Positions 55,475 through 64,000 of a stretch of DNA of 64,000 nt are shown piece by piece. The notes under the pieces are model-generated. The model saw nothing but the letters and a program-made list of their open reading frames with translations. It was not told where the DNA came from and did not search any database. The stretch is from positions 19,534-83,533 of the IMG/VR virus record IMGVR_UViG_3300025084_000011. One strand, written 5' to 3'. Position numbers and translations under genes: made by a program. Source of the DNA: a virus. Taxonomy: Duplodnaviria; Caudoviricetes. Every line of letters begins with the position of its first letter. Position 1 is the first letter of the stretch.

Positions 55475-56480
55475 TCAACACTTTGGTGCTCGTAATGATA
55501 GTCAAGTCTATCTTGACAAGTACCGAAAGTTTTATACTGAGACAGTTCTTCCTTATATCGATAAGCACAAGATCACTAATGTGATTGCTCTTGGAGATAC
55601 CTTTGATAGGCGTAAGTCCATCAACTTCAACTCTCTGGAAGCAGCGAAGGAAATGTGGTTTGATCCACTGAGAGATCGTAATGTCCACATGCATATGCTT
55701 GTAGGCAATCATGATATCTTCTATAAAAATACTCTCAGGATTAACTCACCAAGGTTACTCCTTAGTGACTATGACAACATTACCGTCGTGGACGATCCTA
55801 CTGAACTATCCATTGGTGATATTTCTATACTTCTTTTGCCTTGGATATGTGACGACAATAGAAAAAGATCCATGGATCTTATATCAACGAGTGATTCAAC
55901 TGTCTGTCTGGGCCATCTTGAACTTAATAGTTTTGAACCTATTCCTGGATATACGATGGACCATGGAGATGACCCCGATGTATTCGATAGGTTTAAATTA
56001 GTATGTAGTGGTCACTTCCATCACATATCTGCTAAGAAGAACATCAAATATCTCGGTAATCCGTACCAAATGTTCTGGAATGATTACGGTTGTGAACGTG
56101 GGTTCCATGTACTAAATACTAAAACTACAAAACTTAGTTTTGTAAAGAATCCCAACACGATGTTTCACAAAATTTACTATCGTGATAGTGAAACAGCAAC
56201 CATTGATTATGAAAAACTCAAAGGTAGTTATGTAAAACTAGTCGTCGAAAAGAAACAAGACCAAGTTCTTTTTGATAAGATACTCAGAGAGATTAACAAC
56301 AGCGATGTTGCTGATCTCAAAATCATCGAAGATACTTTTGTGTATCTGGATGAGGTAGACGATTCTCTGGAACAAGAAGACACACTAACCATGTTGCAAA
56401 ACTGTGTGACAGAGATCGATAACAAAGATGAAGTGTTTGGTATTTTAAAATCATTGTATGTCGAAGCACTTAGACTCTAA
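55452..56480 (+). CDS. g47: Recombination endonuclease subunit gp47 (Mre11/SbcD-like)
   Basis: ITDQHFG, LGDTFD, VGNHD, GHLEL, SGHFH phosphoesterase motifs. Confidence 0.95.
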   Translation: MKILLITDQHFGARNDSQVYLDKYRKFYTETVLPYIDKHKITNVIALGDTFDRRKSINFNSLEAAKEMWFDPLRDRNVHMHMLVGNHDIFYKNTLRINSPRLLLSDYDNITVVDDPTELSIGDISILLLPWICDDNRKRSMDLISTSDSTVCLGHLELNSFEPIPGYTMDHGDDPDVFDRFKLVCSGHFHHISAKKNIKYLGNPYQMFWNDYGCERGFHVLNTKTTKLSFVKNPNTMFHKIYYRDSETATIDYEKLKGSYVKLVVEKKQDQVLFDKILREINNSDVADLKIIEDTFVYLDEVDDSLEQEDTLTMLQNCVTEIDNKDEVFGILKSLYVEALRL

Positions 56481-56481
56481 A

Positions 56482-56745
56482 ATGTTCGTATTAGTTGACA
56501 AAAGTAGCGGTGGGGTGTACGCTGTAAAGGACAGTGGCATCCAAGAAAAGGTTGTTCAAATCTTCGAGCAAGAGGACGACGCCGAACGTTACTATGGTTA
56601 TCTAAAAGCAGATGATTATAAGCGTAAACTCGAAATCATGGAAGTCGAAGAAGAGATTGTCAAAGATAACTGTACCAACTATGGATACAGTTATACAATT
56701 ATTACACCCAACGACATTGTATTTCCCCCGAAAGACGTAGATTAG
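56482..56745 (+). CDS. Hypothetical protein (start MFVLVDK)
   Basis: GVYAV...FEQEDDAERY..L motif; between g47 and g46. Confidence 0.7.
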   Translation: MFVLVDKSSGGVYAVKDSGIQEKVVQIFEQEDDAERYYGYLKADDYKRKLEIMEVEEEIVKDNCTNYGYSYTIITPNDIVFPPKDVD

Positions 56746-56746
56746 T

Positions 56747-58462
56747 ATGATTGTTTTTGAGACTATTCGCTGGAAGAACTTCCTGTCCACTGGGCAACAG
56801 TTCACCGAAGTGAATTTGAGTGAGTCACCATCTACATTAATCGTAGGCAATAACGGCGCAGGCAAGAGTACCATTCTTGATGCGCTTTGTTTTGTTTTGT
56901 TCAACAAACCATTTCGTAAGATTACGAAACCCCAGTTGATGAATAGTGTAAACGAACGTGAACTTTTAGTAGAGGTTCAGTTCAAAATTGGCACTATCTC
57001 TTATAAAATAGTTCGTGGTATCAAACCAACGGTGTTTGAGATCTACCGTAACGACGAACTGGTGGACCAAAATGCAGCGAACAAAGACTATCAAAAGTAC
57101 CTTGAACAAAGCGTACTCAAACTTAACTACAAATCTTTCACTCAGGTTGTTATTCTCGGCAGTAGCACTTTTGTGCCTTTTATGCAGTTGCCTGCTGGTC
57201 ATCGAAGAGAGGTTATCGAGGATCTTCTAGACATTCAAATCTTCTCCCAGATGAATGGGTTGCTCAAAGAGAGAATTAAAGACGCTAAGGATGAGCAACG
57301 TCAGTGTGAGTATGAACTAGAACTTGCACAGACGAAAGTTGACATGCAAGTTCGTAATATTGCCAACCTAGAAAGTGTTGACAAGCAACACATTGAGAAC
57401 CAGCAACAGAAGTTTGTTGCTAATGAAGATCGTATTGTAGATATTAACTTACGCATCAAGGAAGTCGAAAAAGATATTTCAATCATTGAACCTGAGATCC
57501 AGAAACTAGATCATGCTGTTGAGAAGCATGAAAAGTTTAAGGACATGAAGTCTAAGATCTATCACAAGTTGAATACATCTAAGAAGAACTATGACTTCTT
57601 TGTAGAGAATCAAACTTGTCCTACATGTACTCAGGAGATTGATAAAGATCTCCGTCAATACAAACAAGCAGAACTTAATCAGAAGTGTGTTGAACTGACT
57701 GATGCAGGGTCACAGATCATGGGTCAGATCAATACTCTCAATAAGAACATCAAAGAACTGCGTCAGAAAGCAAGTCAGATCAATGAGTATAGGTATGAGA
57801 TTCAATCTCTTACCAAGGAAGAGATGCTTCTGTTGAAAGACAACACTTCTATCATGACTGAGGTAGGTAGCGATACCAGTAACTTAGAGAAAGAGAAGCA
57901 AGATCTTGAAACCATGACACAAGCACTTGACAACAAACTCATTTCGTGTTCTAATATAAACAAGCAGACGGATCATCTTAAAACGGTTGCTAACCTCTTG
58001 AAGGATGGTGGGATTAAGACTAAGATTATTTCTAAGTTCATTCCTCTCATCAATCAGAGAATCAATAAGTATCTTCAAAGCATGGATTTCTATGTGAACT
58101 TCACGCTTGATGATAGTTTTAACGAGAAGATTCTTTCTCGTTTCCGTGATGATTTTTCTTATGCTTCTTTCTCAGAAGGAGAGAAGCAAAAGATTGATCT
58201 GGCGCTGTTGTTCACTTGGCGAGAAGTCGCTGCTTTGAAGAACAGTGTGAGTACCAACCTTCTTCTACTTGATGAAGTGTTTGACTCTTCACTCGATCAG
58301 TCTGCTACGGATGAACTGATGCGGATTTTGAAAGGTCTTGGAGAGAAGACTAATCTCTTTGTTATTTCACACAAAGGAGAGGTGCTCTATGATAAGTTTG
58401 AGCGAATCGTAGAGTTCTCCAAAGAAGGTGACTTTTCAACTATGTCAGCGGTACAAGGATGA
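56747..58462 (+). CDS. g46: Recombination endonuclease subunit gp46 (Rad50/SbcC-like ATPase)
   Basis: GNNGAGKS, CPTC zinc hook, FSEGEK signature, LLLDE, ISH. Confidence 0.96.
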   Translation: MIVFETIRWKNFLSTGQQFTEVNLSESPSTLIVGNNGAGKSTILDALCFVLFNKPFRKITKPQLMNSVNERELLVEVQFKIGTISYKIVRGIKPTVFEIYRNDELVDQNAANKDYQKYLEQSVLKLNYKSFTQVVILGSSTFVPFMQLPAGHRREVIEDLLDIQIFSQMNGLLKERIKDAKDEQRQCEYELELAQTKVDMQVRNIANLESVDKQHIENQQQKFVANEDRIVDINLRIKEVEKDISIIEPEIQKLDHAVEKHEKFKDMKSKIYHKLNTSKKNYDFFVENQTCPTCTQEIDKDLRQYKQAELNQKCVELTDAGSQIMGQINTLNKNIKELRQKASQINEYRYEIQSLTKEEMLLLKDNTSIMTEVGSDTSNLEKEKQDLETMTQALDNKLISCSNINKQTDHLKTVANLLKDGGIKTKIISKFIPLINQRINKYLQSMDFYVNFTLDDSFNEKILSRFRDDFSYASFSEGEKQKIDLALLFTWREVAALKNSVSTNLLLLDEVFDSSLDQSATDELMRILKGLGEKTNLFVISHKGEVLYDKFERIVEFSKEGDFSTMSAVQG

Positions 58463-58794
58463 AGCACATACTCTTCACCCTGCGTCAATGTGATAGTGAA
58501 TTACTAGATGATGAATCTTACATTCGCGACATGCTGGCAAAAGCAGCGGAGTGTGCAAACAGTACACTCCTAGGTATCCAATCACATAAGTTCTCTCCAC
58601 AAGGCGTGACTGCTATTGCTATGCTTGCTGAGTCACATATCAGCATTCATACATGGCCTGAGACAGGCGAAGCAGTATGCGATGCCTTTACTTGTGGAGA
58701 CCATACGGATCCACACGATGCTTTCATCTTTATGAAATCTTCGTTGCTGAGTAAGCGATGGGTATATCAGACAGTGAAACGACCAGTCATATAA
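58459..58794 (+). CDS. speD: S-adenosylmethionine decarboxylase-like proenzyme (pyruvoyl-dependent)
   Basis: HKFSPQGVT, LAE/SHISIHTWPE self-cleavage motif, DAFTCG. Confidence 0.9.
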   Translation: MKHILFTLRQCDSELLDDESYIRDMLAKAAECANSTLLGIQSHKFSPQGVTAIAMLAESHISIHTWPETGEAVCDAFTCGDHTDPHDAFIFMKSSLLSKRWVYQTVKRPVI

Positions 58795-58837
58795 GTGGCA
58801 CCCCTCTACGTCCTGATGGACTAGGGGGGTTTATACT
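58781..58837 (+). promoter_or_regulatory. Putative early promoter: GACCA-N10-TGGCA element, 31 nt, then TATACT
   Basis: -10 at 58832-58837; no -35 consensus; same architecture at 61035-61091. Confidence 0.55.
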
Positions 58838-58859
58838 ATCTGTATACACACGAGGATGC

Positions 58860-61049
58860 ATGAAAAAAGAGATCAAGAGCACACTGGCACGTTTGCTTGC
58901 TACCGAGAACCTCCTGGTGGAGCACAAGCAAGTACCGACAGCATCCTTTGATGTTCATAAGCGTCTCTTGACTCTCCCTATGTGGAATCGTGCAAGTGAT
59001 ACTGTCTATGATCTGCTCGTAGGACACGAGGTGGGTCACGCATTGTATACACCTGACGATGACACCCTTGACAATCTCCCATGCCCTAAGGATTACTTGA
59101 ATGTAACTGAGGATGCACGTATCGAGAAACTGATGAAGCGTAAGTATCCTGGTCTTGCCAAAGATTTCTATCGTGGGTATCAGGAACTGAATGATGATGA
59201 CTTCTTCGCTATCGAAGATCAAGATCGTGACAAACTGTCTCTCATCGATCGTATCAATCTACACTATAAGATTGGTGCCTATGCACTGATGCCATTCAAT
59301 GCTTCTGAGACCCCTCTGTGTGCCGCTGTGGGGGATGCTGAAACGTTTGAGGAAGCGATTGCTGCTGCTGTTGCTATTTACGAATTTGCTAAGAAAGAAC
59401 AGGAGTCAAATCCAGCACCACCTATGAACCTTCCACCTAATCAAGGTGGTAGTGGTATGACTCATGAAGAGATGCTTGAAGAAGCACAGAAACGTGAGCA
59501 AGAGAATGAAGAAACTAAAAGTTCTGGTGAGAAAGAGCAGGAAGTATCTCGTCCATGGTTTACTGAGGACGAACCTGATACAGAGACTGAACGTAATGAT
59601 GATGACGCACAACTAGATGTCCCATCGTATGAGTACATCCAACCAAGTATCGATAATGCTACCACTCAGCGTAACTTTGATAGGAATGCGTCTGAACTGA
59701 TCGATAAGTATGCTAATGAATTTGAGTATGTCACTTTCCCTAAGATCAATTTCCAGAATACTATTGTTCCTAATGCACAATTGTGGGATGAGGCAGAGAT
59801 TTTTTGGGGAGAATACTATGAAGACTTTGACAGAGACGTGTGGAGTGAAGTTGATTCGGAGTTTGCAAATTTCTGTAACAACACATCCAAAGATGTAAAC
59901 TATCTGGTCAAAGAATTTGAGTGTAAGAAGTCTGCTACATCGTATGCTCGCTCATCAACAGCACGTACAGGAGTTCTTGATACAAACAAACTTCATAACT
60001 ACAAACTGAGTGAAGATATCTTCAAGAAAGTCACTCGTACTACTGATGGTAAGAACCACGGTCTTGTATTCCTACTTGACTGGTCTGGTTCTATGGCAAA
60101 CGAGATCTTTGAGACTATCTGTCAGGTCATCAACCTTGCACAGTTCTGTAAGAAGGTTGGTATTCCTTTTGATGTCTACACGTTTGTCAATGATCACAGT
60201 CTGTTGAGGTTCTTTGGTGTTGATTCTGACACTCCTATGGTAAAACTACCTAAGGTTGCAGAAACTGAGGCAGGTACCTTCTGGATTGACCCTCGGTTCA
60301 AGTTAGTCAACGTATTGACCAGCGAAGGTAATCAAAATAACTTCAAACGTCAATGTAACTTCCTGTATAGGGTAGGAAACTACTGGAATGATCGTAGAAA
60401 TATGTATAAATTCCGTCCTGCACCACCTGCATTCATGGGTTTGGGTGGTACACCATTGAATGAAGCATTGATTGTGATGCGTGAGTACCTAGGAGTCTGG
60501 CAAAAGAAAACAGGTGTGGAGAAATCCCACTTGGTTGTCTTGACTGATGGTGAGTCACAGTGTACTTGGATCACAAAAGACCATACTGGTAGTAACTATT
60601 TTAATGAACCATATCCTTCTGCCATTCGTGGTGAGAGTGTGATCCGAACTAAGAATAGGTACTACTCTGATATCCGTGATCCACATACAGCAATGACTAG
60701 GGGACTGATTCGGGTTATTCGTGACACATATCCTGAGTGTTCTGTCATGGGTTTCCGTATTTGTTCATCACGTCACCTGACTACATATCTCCATGCCCTA
60801 GGTATGCATGGTGGTGATGTACATTCAAAGTATTCCAAAATGTTCCGAAGGGATAAGTCTGTTGCCATCACTGGTTCTTGTTATAACGAACTGTATTGCA
60901 TACAATCTAGTTCTTACAATGATGATGTAGAAATGGATGTTGCTGAGGATGCAACCAAGGGTCAGATCCGATCTGCTTTCAAAAAATCTTTGAAGTCGAA
61001 GAGTATCAATCGTAAGATGCTCTCATCCTTTGCTGGACAAATCGCGTAG
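58860..61049 (+). CDS. HExxH metallopeptidase-like plus VWA domain protein (CobT-like partner of the AAA+ ATPase); start MKKEIK
   Basis: HEVGH, NVTEDARIE, MIDAS DWSGS, GGTPL, LTDGE. Confidence 0.8.
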   Translation: MKKEIKSTLARLLATENLLVEHKQVPTASFDVHKRLLTLPMWNRASDTVYDLLVGHEVGHALYTPDDDTLDNLPCPKDYLNVTEDARIEKLMKRKYPGLAKDFYRGYQELNDDDFFAIEDQDRDKLSLIDRINLHYKIGAYALMPFNASETPLCAAVGDAETFEEAIAAAVAIYEFAKKEQESNPAPPMNLPPNQGGSGMTHEEMLEEAQKREQENEETKSSGEKEQEVSRPWFTEDEPDTETERNDDDAQLDVPSYEYIQPSIDNATTQRNFDRNASELIDKYANEFEYVTFPKINFQNTIVPNAQLWDEAEIFWGEYYEDFDRDVWSEVDSEFANFCNNTSKDVNYLVKEFECKKSATSYARSSTARTGVLDTNKLHNYKLSEDIFKKVTRTTDGKNHGLVFLLDWSGSMANEIFETICQVINLAQFCKKVGIPFDVYTFVNDHSLLRFFGVDSDTPMVKLPKVAETEAGTFWIDPRFKLVNVLTSEGNQNNFKRQCNFLYRVGNYWNDRRNMYKFRPAPPAFMGLGGTPLNEALIVMREYLGVWQKKTGVEKSHLVVLTDGESQCTWITKDHTGSNYFNEPYPSAIRGESVIRTKNRYYSDIRDPHTAMTRGLIRVIRDTYPECSVMGFRICSSRHLTTYLHALGMHGGDVHSKYSKMFRRDKSVAITGSCYNELYCIQSSSYNDDVEMDVAEDATKGQIRSAFKKSLKSKSINRKMLSSFAGQIA

Positions 61050-61091
61050 TGTCCACTCTGCCCCTGACTCTGCCCCAATCTGCCCTATACT
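61035..61091 (+). promoter_or_regulatory. Putative early promoter: GGACA-N10-TGTCC palindrome, 31 nt containing 3x TCTGCCC, then TATACT
   Basis: -10 at 61086-61091; repeats start at 61057, 61069 and 61079. Confidence 0.6.
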
Positions 61092-61112
61092 TACTTCATA
61101 CGAAACGAACCA

Positions 61113-62204
61113 ATGCCTGCCAAGTCTGACCTCAACACCATCGATCTGATCAAGTACCTTACAGCAACCTATGCTACTCCTGAGGTAAATACTAATCAGG
61201 TACTTGCTGCTGCTGATCACTTTGGTGTTTCTTATCCCACTGTGTGTCAGCGATTGGAAAAGTTCAAATCAGGTCGTGGTAAGTGGAACCTTACTGCGAC
61301 AGAACTCGAAGAGACCTATAACGCTCCGTCTGCTGCCCCCGCTGTTGAGACTTCTACCTTGATCCCTATCAAAGACAAAAACTATGTACCGTTTGGGAAC
61401 TTCACTGATCTGAAAAAGATCATCAAGTCTGGTGTCTTCTATCCAACGTTCATCACTGGACTGTCTGGTAACGGTAAGACCATGGGTGTTGAGCAAGCAT
61501 GTGCTGCTCTCGGACGAGAACTGATTCGTGTAAACATTACTATTGAAACTGATGAAGATGACCTCGTGGGTGGTTTCCGCCTTGTGGGCGGCGATACTGT
61601 TTGGCATAATGGTCCCGTCATTGAAGCACTCGAACGAGGAGCAGTCTTGTTACTCGACGAAATCGATCTCGCCTCAAACAAAATCCTATGTCTGCAATCT
61701 ATTCTTGAAGGGTCGGGAGTTTATTTGAAGAAGACAGGCAGGACTGTCACCCCGTCACCTGGGTTTACTGTGTTTGCTACTGCCAACACCAAGGGTAAGG
61801 GTTCTGATGATGGTCGTTTCATCGGTACCAACGTGCTGAACGAGGCATTCTTGGAGCGTTTCCCTCTGACATTTGAGCAAGAGTATCCTGCTCCTAGTAT
61901 TGAGAGTAAAATGCTCAACAATTACTGTGCTGAACTTGACTGCTGTGATGCAGAGTTCATTAAGAACCTCACCACTTGGGCAGAGATCATCCGTAAGACC
62001 TTTGCTGAGGGTGGCGTTGACGAAGTGATCTCAACACGTCGTCTGGTCCACATCATTCGTGCATTCTCTATCTTCAACAATCGTTTGAAGGCAATCAAAC
62101 TCTGCCTGAACCGTTTCGATGACGAGACTCGCGATTCTTTCTTGGAATTGTACTCTAAGATTGACTCTGATGTTGAAATCAACCCCACTTTGCTTGACTC
62201 CTGA
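61113..62204 (+). CDS. MoxR/CbbQ-type AAA+ ATPase (usually annotated CobS-like) with HTH-like N-terminus
   Basis: Walker A GLSGNGKT, Walker B LLLDEID, ATANTKG, AFLERF, ISTRRL. Confidence 0.88.
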   Translation: MPAKSDLNTIDLIKYLTATYATPEVNTNQVLAAADHFGVSYPTVCQRLEKFKSGRGKWNLTATELEETYNAPSAAPAVETSTLIPIKDKNYVPFGNFTDLKKIIKSGVFYPTFITGLSGNGKTMGVEQACAALGRELIRVNITIETDEDDLVGGFRLVGGDTVWHNGPVIEALERGAVLLLDEIDLASNKILCLQSILEGSGVYLKKTGRTVTPSPGFTVFATANTKGKGSDDGRFIGTNVLNEAFLERFPLTFEQEYPAPSIESKMLNNYCAELDCCDAEFIKNLTTWAEIIRKTFAEGGVDEVISTRRLVHIIRAFSIFNNRLKAIKLCLNRFDDETRDSFLELYSKIDSDVEINPTLLDS

Positions 62205-62767
62205 TGCTATATCGCACACAAATCCTTGATGACTCTGGTATATCCAGAGTCCTTTCCCAAGTTGATCCCGTCCTAGTCTTGAATTCCCATAAGAATGTAG
62301 ATGAAGATAAGGGTATCGAACCTGACTTGCTAGATGACTACATTGAAGACTCTATGCAACCAGAACTGACTCTCACCTGTGGTAGATCAGGTTTTACTTT
62401 CAAAAAGTACAACCCTGGTCAAGATTATGACTGGCATCAGGACGAGGTTACCTCTGATGATGGTCTGAGGTTGGATGTATCTACTACTTTGTTTCTCAGC
62501 AACCCCGATGAGTATGAAGGTGGTGAGTTAGAGTTGCGTTTTGGCGACTTTGGTGTTAGTATTAAACTTCCAGCAGGCCATGCTGTAATCTATCCGACTG
62601 GTATCATCCATAGAGTACGACCAGTTACATCAGGTGTCCGTAGGGTAGTTCATTGGTGGGATGAATCCAACGTCCAGAACCCTTTTAGGAGGGATGCCAT
62701 TGTACAACTCAACAAACAACCTGAACGCATCGATCTACACACTGCTACACTTGAACGATTCTGTTAA
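62204..62767 (+). CDS. 2OG-Fe(II) oxygenase (PKHD/YbiX-like)
   Basis: WHQD (HxD), LSNPDEYEGGEL, IIHRVRPVTSGVR. Confidence 0.88.
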   Translation: MLYRTQILDDSGISRVLSQVDPVLVLNSHKNVDEDKGIEPDLLDDYIEDSMQPELTLTCGRSGFTFKKYNPGQDYDWHQDEVTSDDGLRLDVSTTLFLSNPDEYEGGELELRFGDFGVSIKLPAGHAVIYPTGIIHRVRPVTSGVRRVVHWWDESNVQNPFRRDAIVQLNKQPERIDLHTATLERFC

Positions 62768-62769
62768 TT

Positions 62770-63054
62770 ATGAACAAATACCATGAAGATGAGGTCCTTA
62801 AAGAACTTAAAGACTACATCGCCAGTACATACAGTCAGCACTACTCTGCTGGTCCTGAGGGTTTCCAAACCCTAGACTTGATTGAAGCATGTGGAGACGG
62901 AGAATCCTTCTGCCGTTCTAACATCTTGAAGTATGCCTCACGCTATGACAAGAAAGGAACTGCTAGACGTGACATCTTAAAAGTGCTACACTATGCTGTG
63001 CTCTTGATGCACTTCAACGACAAAAACGCCAAAACGGAAGACTATCCTCAATGA
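62770..63054 (+). CDS. Conserved hypothetical protein (DUF3310-like)
   Basis: TYSQHY...QTLDLI...FCRSNILKYASRYDKKG..RRDILKVLHYA. Confidence 0.7.
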   Translation: MNKYHEDEVLKELKDYIASTYSQHYSAGPEGFQTLDLIEACGDGESFCRSNILKYASRYDKKGTARRDILKVLHYAVLLMHFNDKNAKTEDYPQ

Positions 63055-63782
63055 CCTGTATGAAATTTACTGAACCACAATTGGAAATCCTCGGGTTGTT
63101 CATGAACATCAACCCATCTATCATGTTTAAACCTGGTCAGAAGGTTTCAACTATCTCTAACAATAAGAATATTCTCGGTTCCTGTACTTTCAAAGACATT
63201 GAGTTTCAGCGTACTGCACCCATCTATGACTTGGGTAACATGATGAAGACCATCAAGGTCCTCTCACGTAATACTACTAGCATTCCTGACGTTGACTTCA
63301 ACGATAAGCACGTTGACATCAGCATGAACAACAGTCGGATGAAGTATTACTATGCTGATGAGAGCATGATCACAGTTCCACCTGACATCATCAACAGTAT
63401 CGGTGAACTATCTGTATCTACTGAACTGAGTAATGAACACCTGTATCAAATCTTTGCTGCGGCGTCTGGGTATCAACTGCCAGATCTTTGCTTTACAGGT
63501 CATAATGGTGTTCTGTCTGCTGTTGTTACTGACAAGCGCAACTCCACTGCTAACACACTAGAAATCCAACTAGGTGAGACTGATAAAGACTTCTGCTTCT
63601 GCATGAAGATCGAGAACATCGCTATCCTGATGACTGGTGGTCAACCCTGCCGTGCTGCGAAAGGTTACAAGATTGATCTGTATGAGCGCAAGGTTGCCAA
63701 ACTGCATGGTATTATGACAGAGAGTTCATCCGTTGAAAATCTTGAACTGATGATTGCTCTTGAACCTGATTCAGAATACTGA
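63051..63782 (+). CDS. g45: DNA polymerase sliding clamp gp45, divergent (start 63051 or 63060)
   Basis: F.NINPSIMFKPG...STIS..KNIL, IYDL, YYYAD..MIT.PP, YQLPDL, GET...F.F..K.ENI, IALEPDS. Confidence 0.8.
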   Translation: MTCMKFTEPQLEILGLFMNINPSIMFKPGQKVSTISNNKNILGSCTFKDIEFQRTAPIYDLGNMMKTIKVLSRNTTSIPDVDFNDKHVDISMNNSRMKYYYADESMITVPPDIINSIGELSVSTELSNEHLYQIFAAASGYQLPDLCFTGHNGVLSAVVTDKRNSTANTLEIQLGETDKDFCFCMKIENIAILMTGGQPCRAAKGYKIDLYERKVAKLHGIMTESSSVENLELMIALEPDSEY

Positions 63783-64000
63783 TGAACATCTTCGTTACGG
63801 ACCCATCCCCATATCGCTCTGCTGTGGTTCTTCCTGACAAGCACATTGTCAAGATGCCCTTAGAGACCTGTCAGATGCTTGCTATTGTATGCTCTGACAA
63901 ATGGGGTCATGGTTTTGGCACCCTTCCCAAAGCAGACGGTACTCCCTATGCTACTGAGAAGGGTGCTTTTCGTAACCACCCATGTACCAAGTGGGCGAAT
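63782..64000 (+). CDS. Pyrimidine-dimer DNA glycosylase (DenV)-family-like protein, 3'-truncated (not in ORF track)
   Basis: MNIFVTDPSPYRSAVVLPDKHIVKMPLETCQML...NHPCTKWAN; TGATG coupling. Confidence 0.7.
   Translation, partial: MNIFVTDPSPYRSAVVLPDKHIVKMPLETCQMLAIVCSDKWGHGFGTLPKADGTPYATEKGAFRNHPCTKWAN

Noticed and set aside
40593-58462. Possible introns, inteins or homing endonucleases in core genes (g17, g20, g23, uvsW, g46)
   Set aside because: Lengths are normal and frames uninterrupted; no Hint, LAGLIDADG, GIY-YIG or HNH motifs were recognised. The 42236-42460 zinc-ribbon ORF lacks a nuclease domain
61113-62204. 'cobS' as a cobalamin biosynthesis AMG
   Set aside because: The sequence supports only a MoxR-type AAA+ ATPase; no cobN or other cob genes are seen, so the gene symbol is withheld
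809-62219. Numerous minus-strand and alternative-frame ORFs in the six-frame track
   Set aside because: They lie within long, clearly homologous + strand genes, lack recognisable motifs or RBS, and are expected shadows of biased codon usage
1-64000. tRNA/rRNA genes or stop-codon recoding
   Set aside because: No cloverleaf-like intergenic segments were recognised, and core genes read through fully with the standard code

Overview
64 kb of a T4-like marine cyanomyovirus genome (Kyanoviridae-type, inferred from gene content and order). Essentially all real genes are on the + strand. Order: 3' part of a giant baseplate/virion protein (open from base 2), YHYH protein, gp9/10-like fibre with a cupredoxin-like tip, baseplate proteins (gp8, VrlC-like), long tail fibre, neck/tail genes g13-g15, g16, an accessory island (g16-g17), g17-g23, g3, uvsY, uvsW, g55, g47, g46, speD, a HExxH/VWA protein plus MoxR-type AAA+ ('cobS') pair, 2OG-Fe(II) oxygenase, a divergent g45 and the start of a DenV-like gene. 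No tRNA, CRISPR array, intein or intron was recognised. Main leads: (1) phycobiliprotein-like Cys motifs repeated in the giant baseplate protein; (2) RBS-sequestering hairpins with a late promoter in the loop at g3 and g18, with a sigma70 promoter upstream of g3; (3) a near-consensus antisense sigma70 promoter back-to-back with the g55 promoter; (4) a shared palindromic element at identical spacing in two -35-less promoters; (5) island proteins carrying T4 capsid-targeting-like sequences; (6) a truncated Gnd-like protein. All family assignments come from motif recognition and synteny by eye; no database searches were run.
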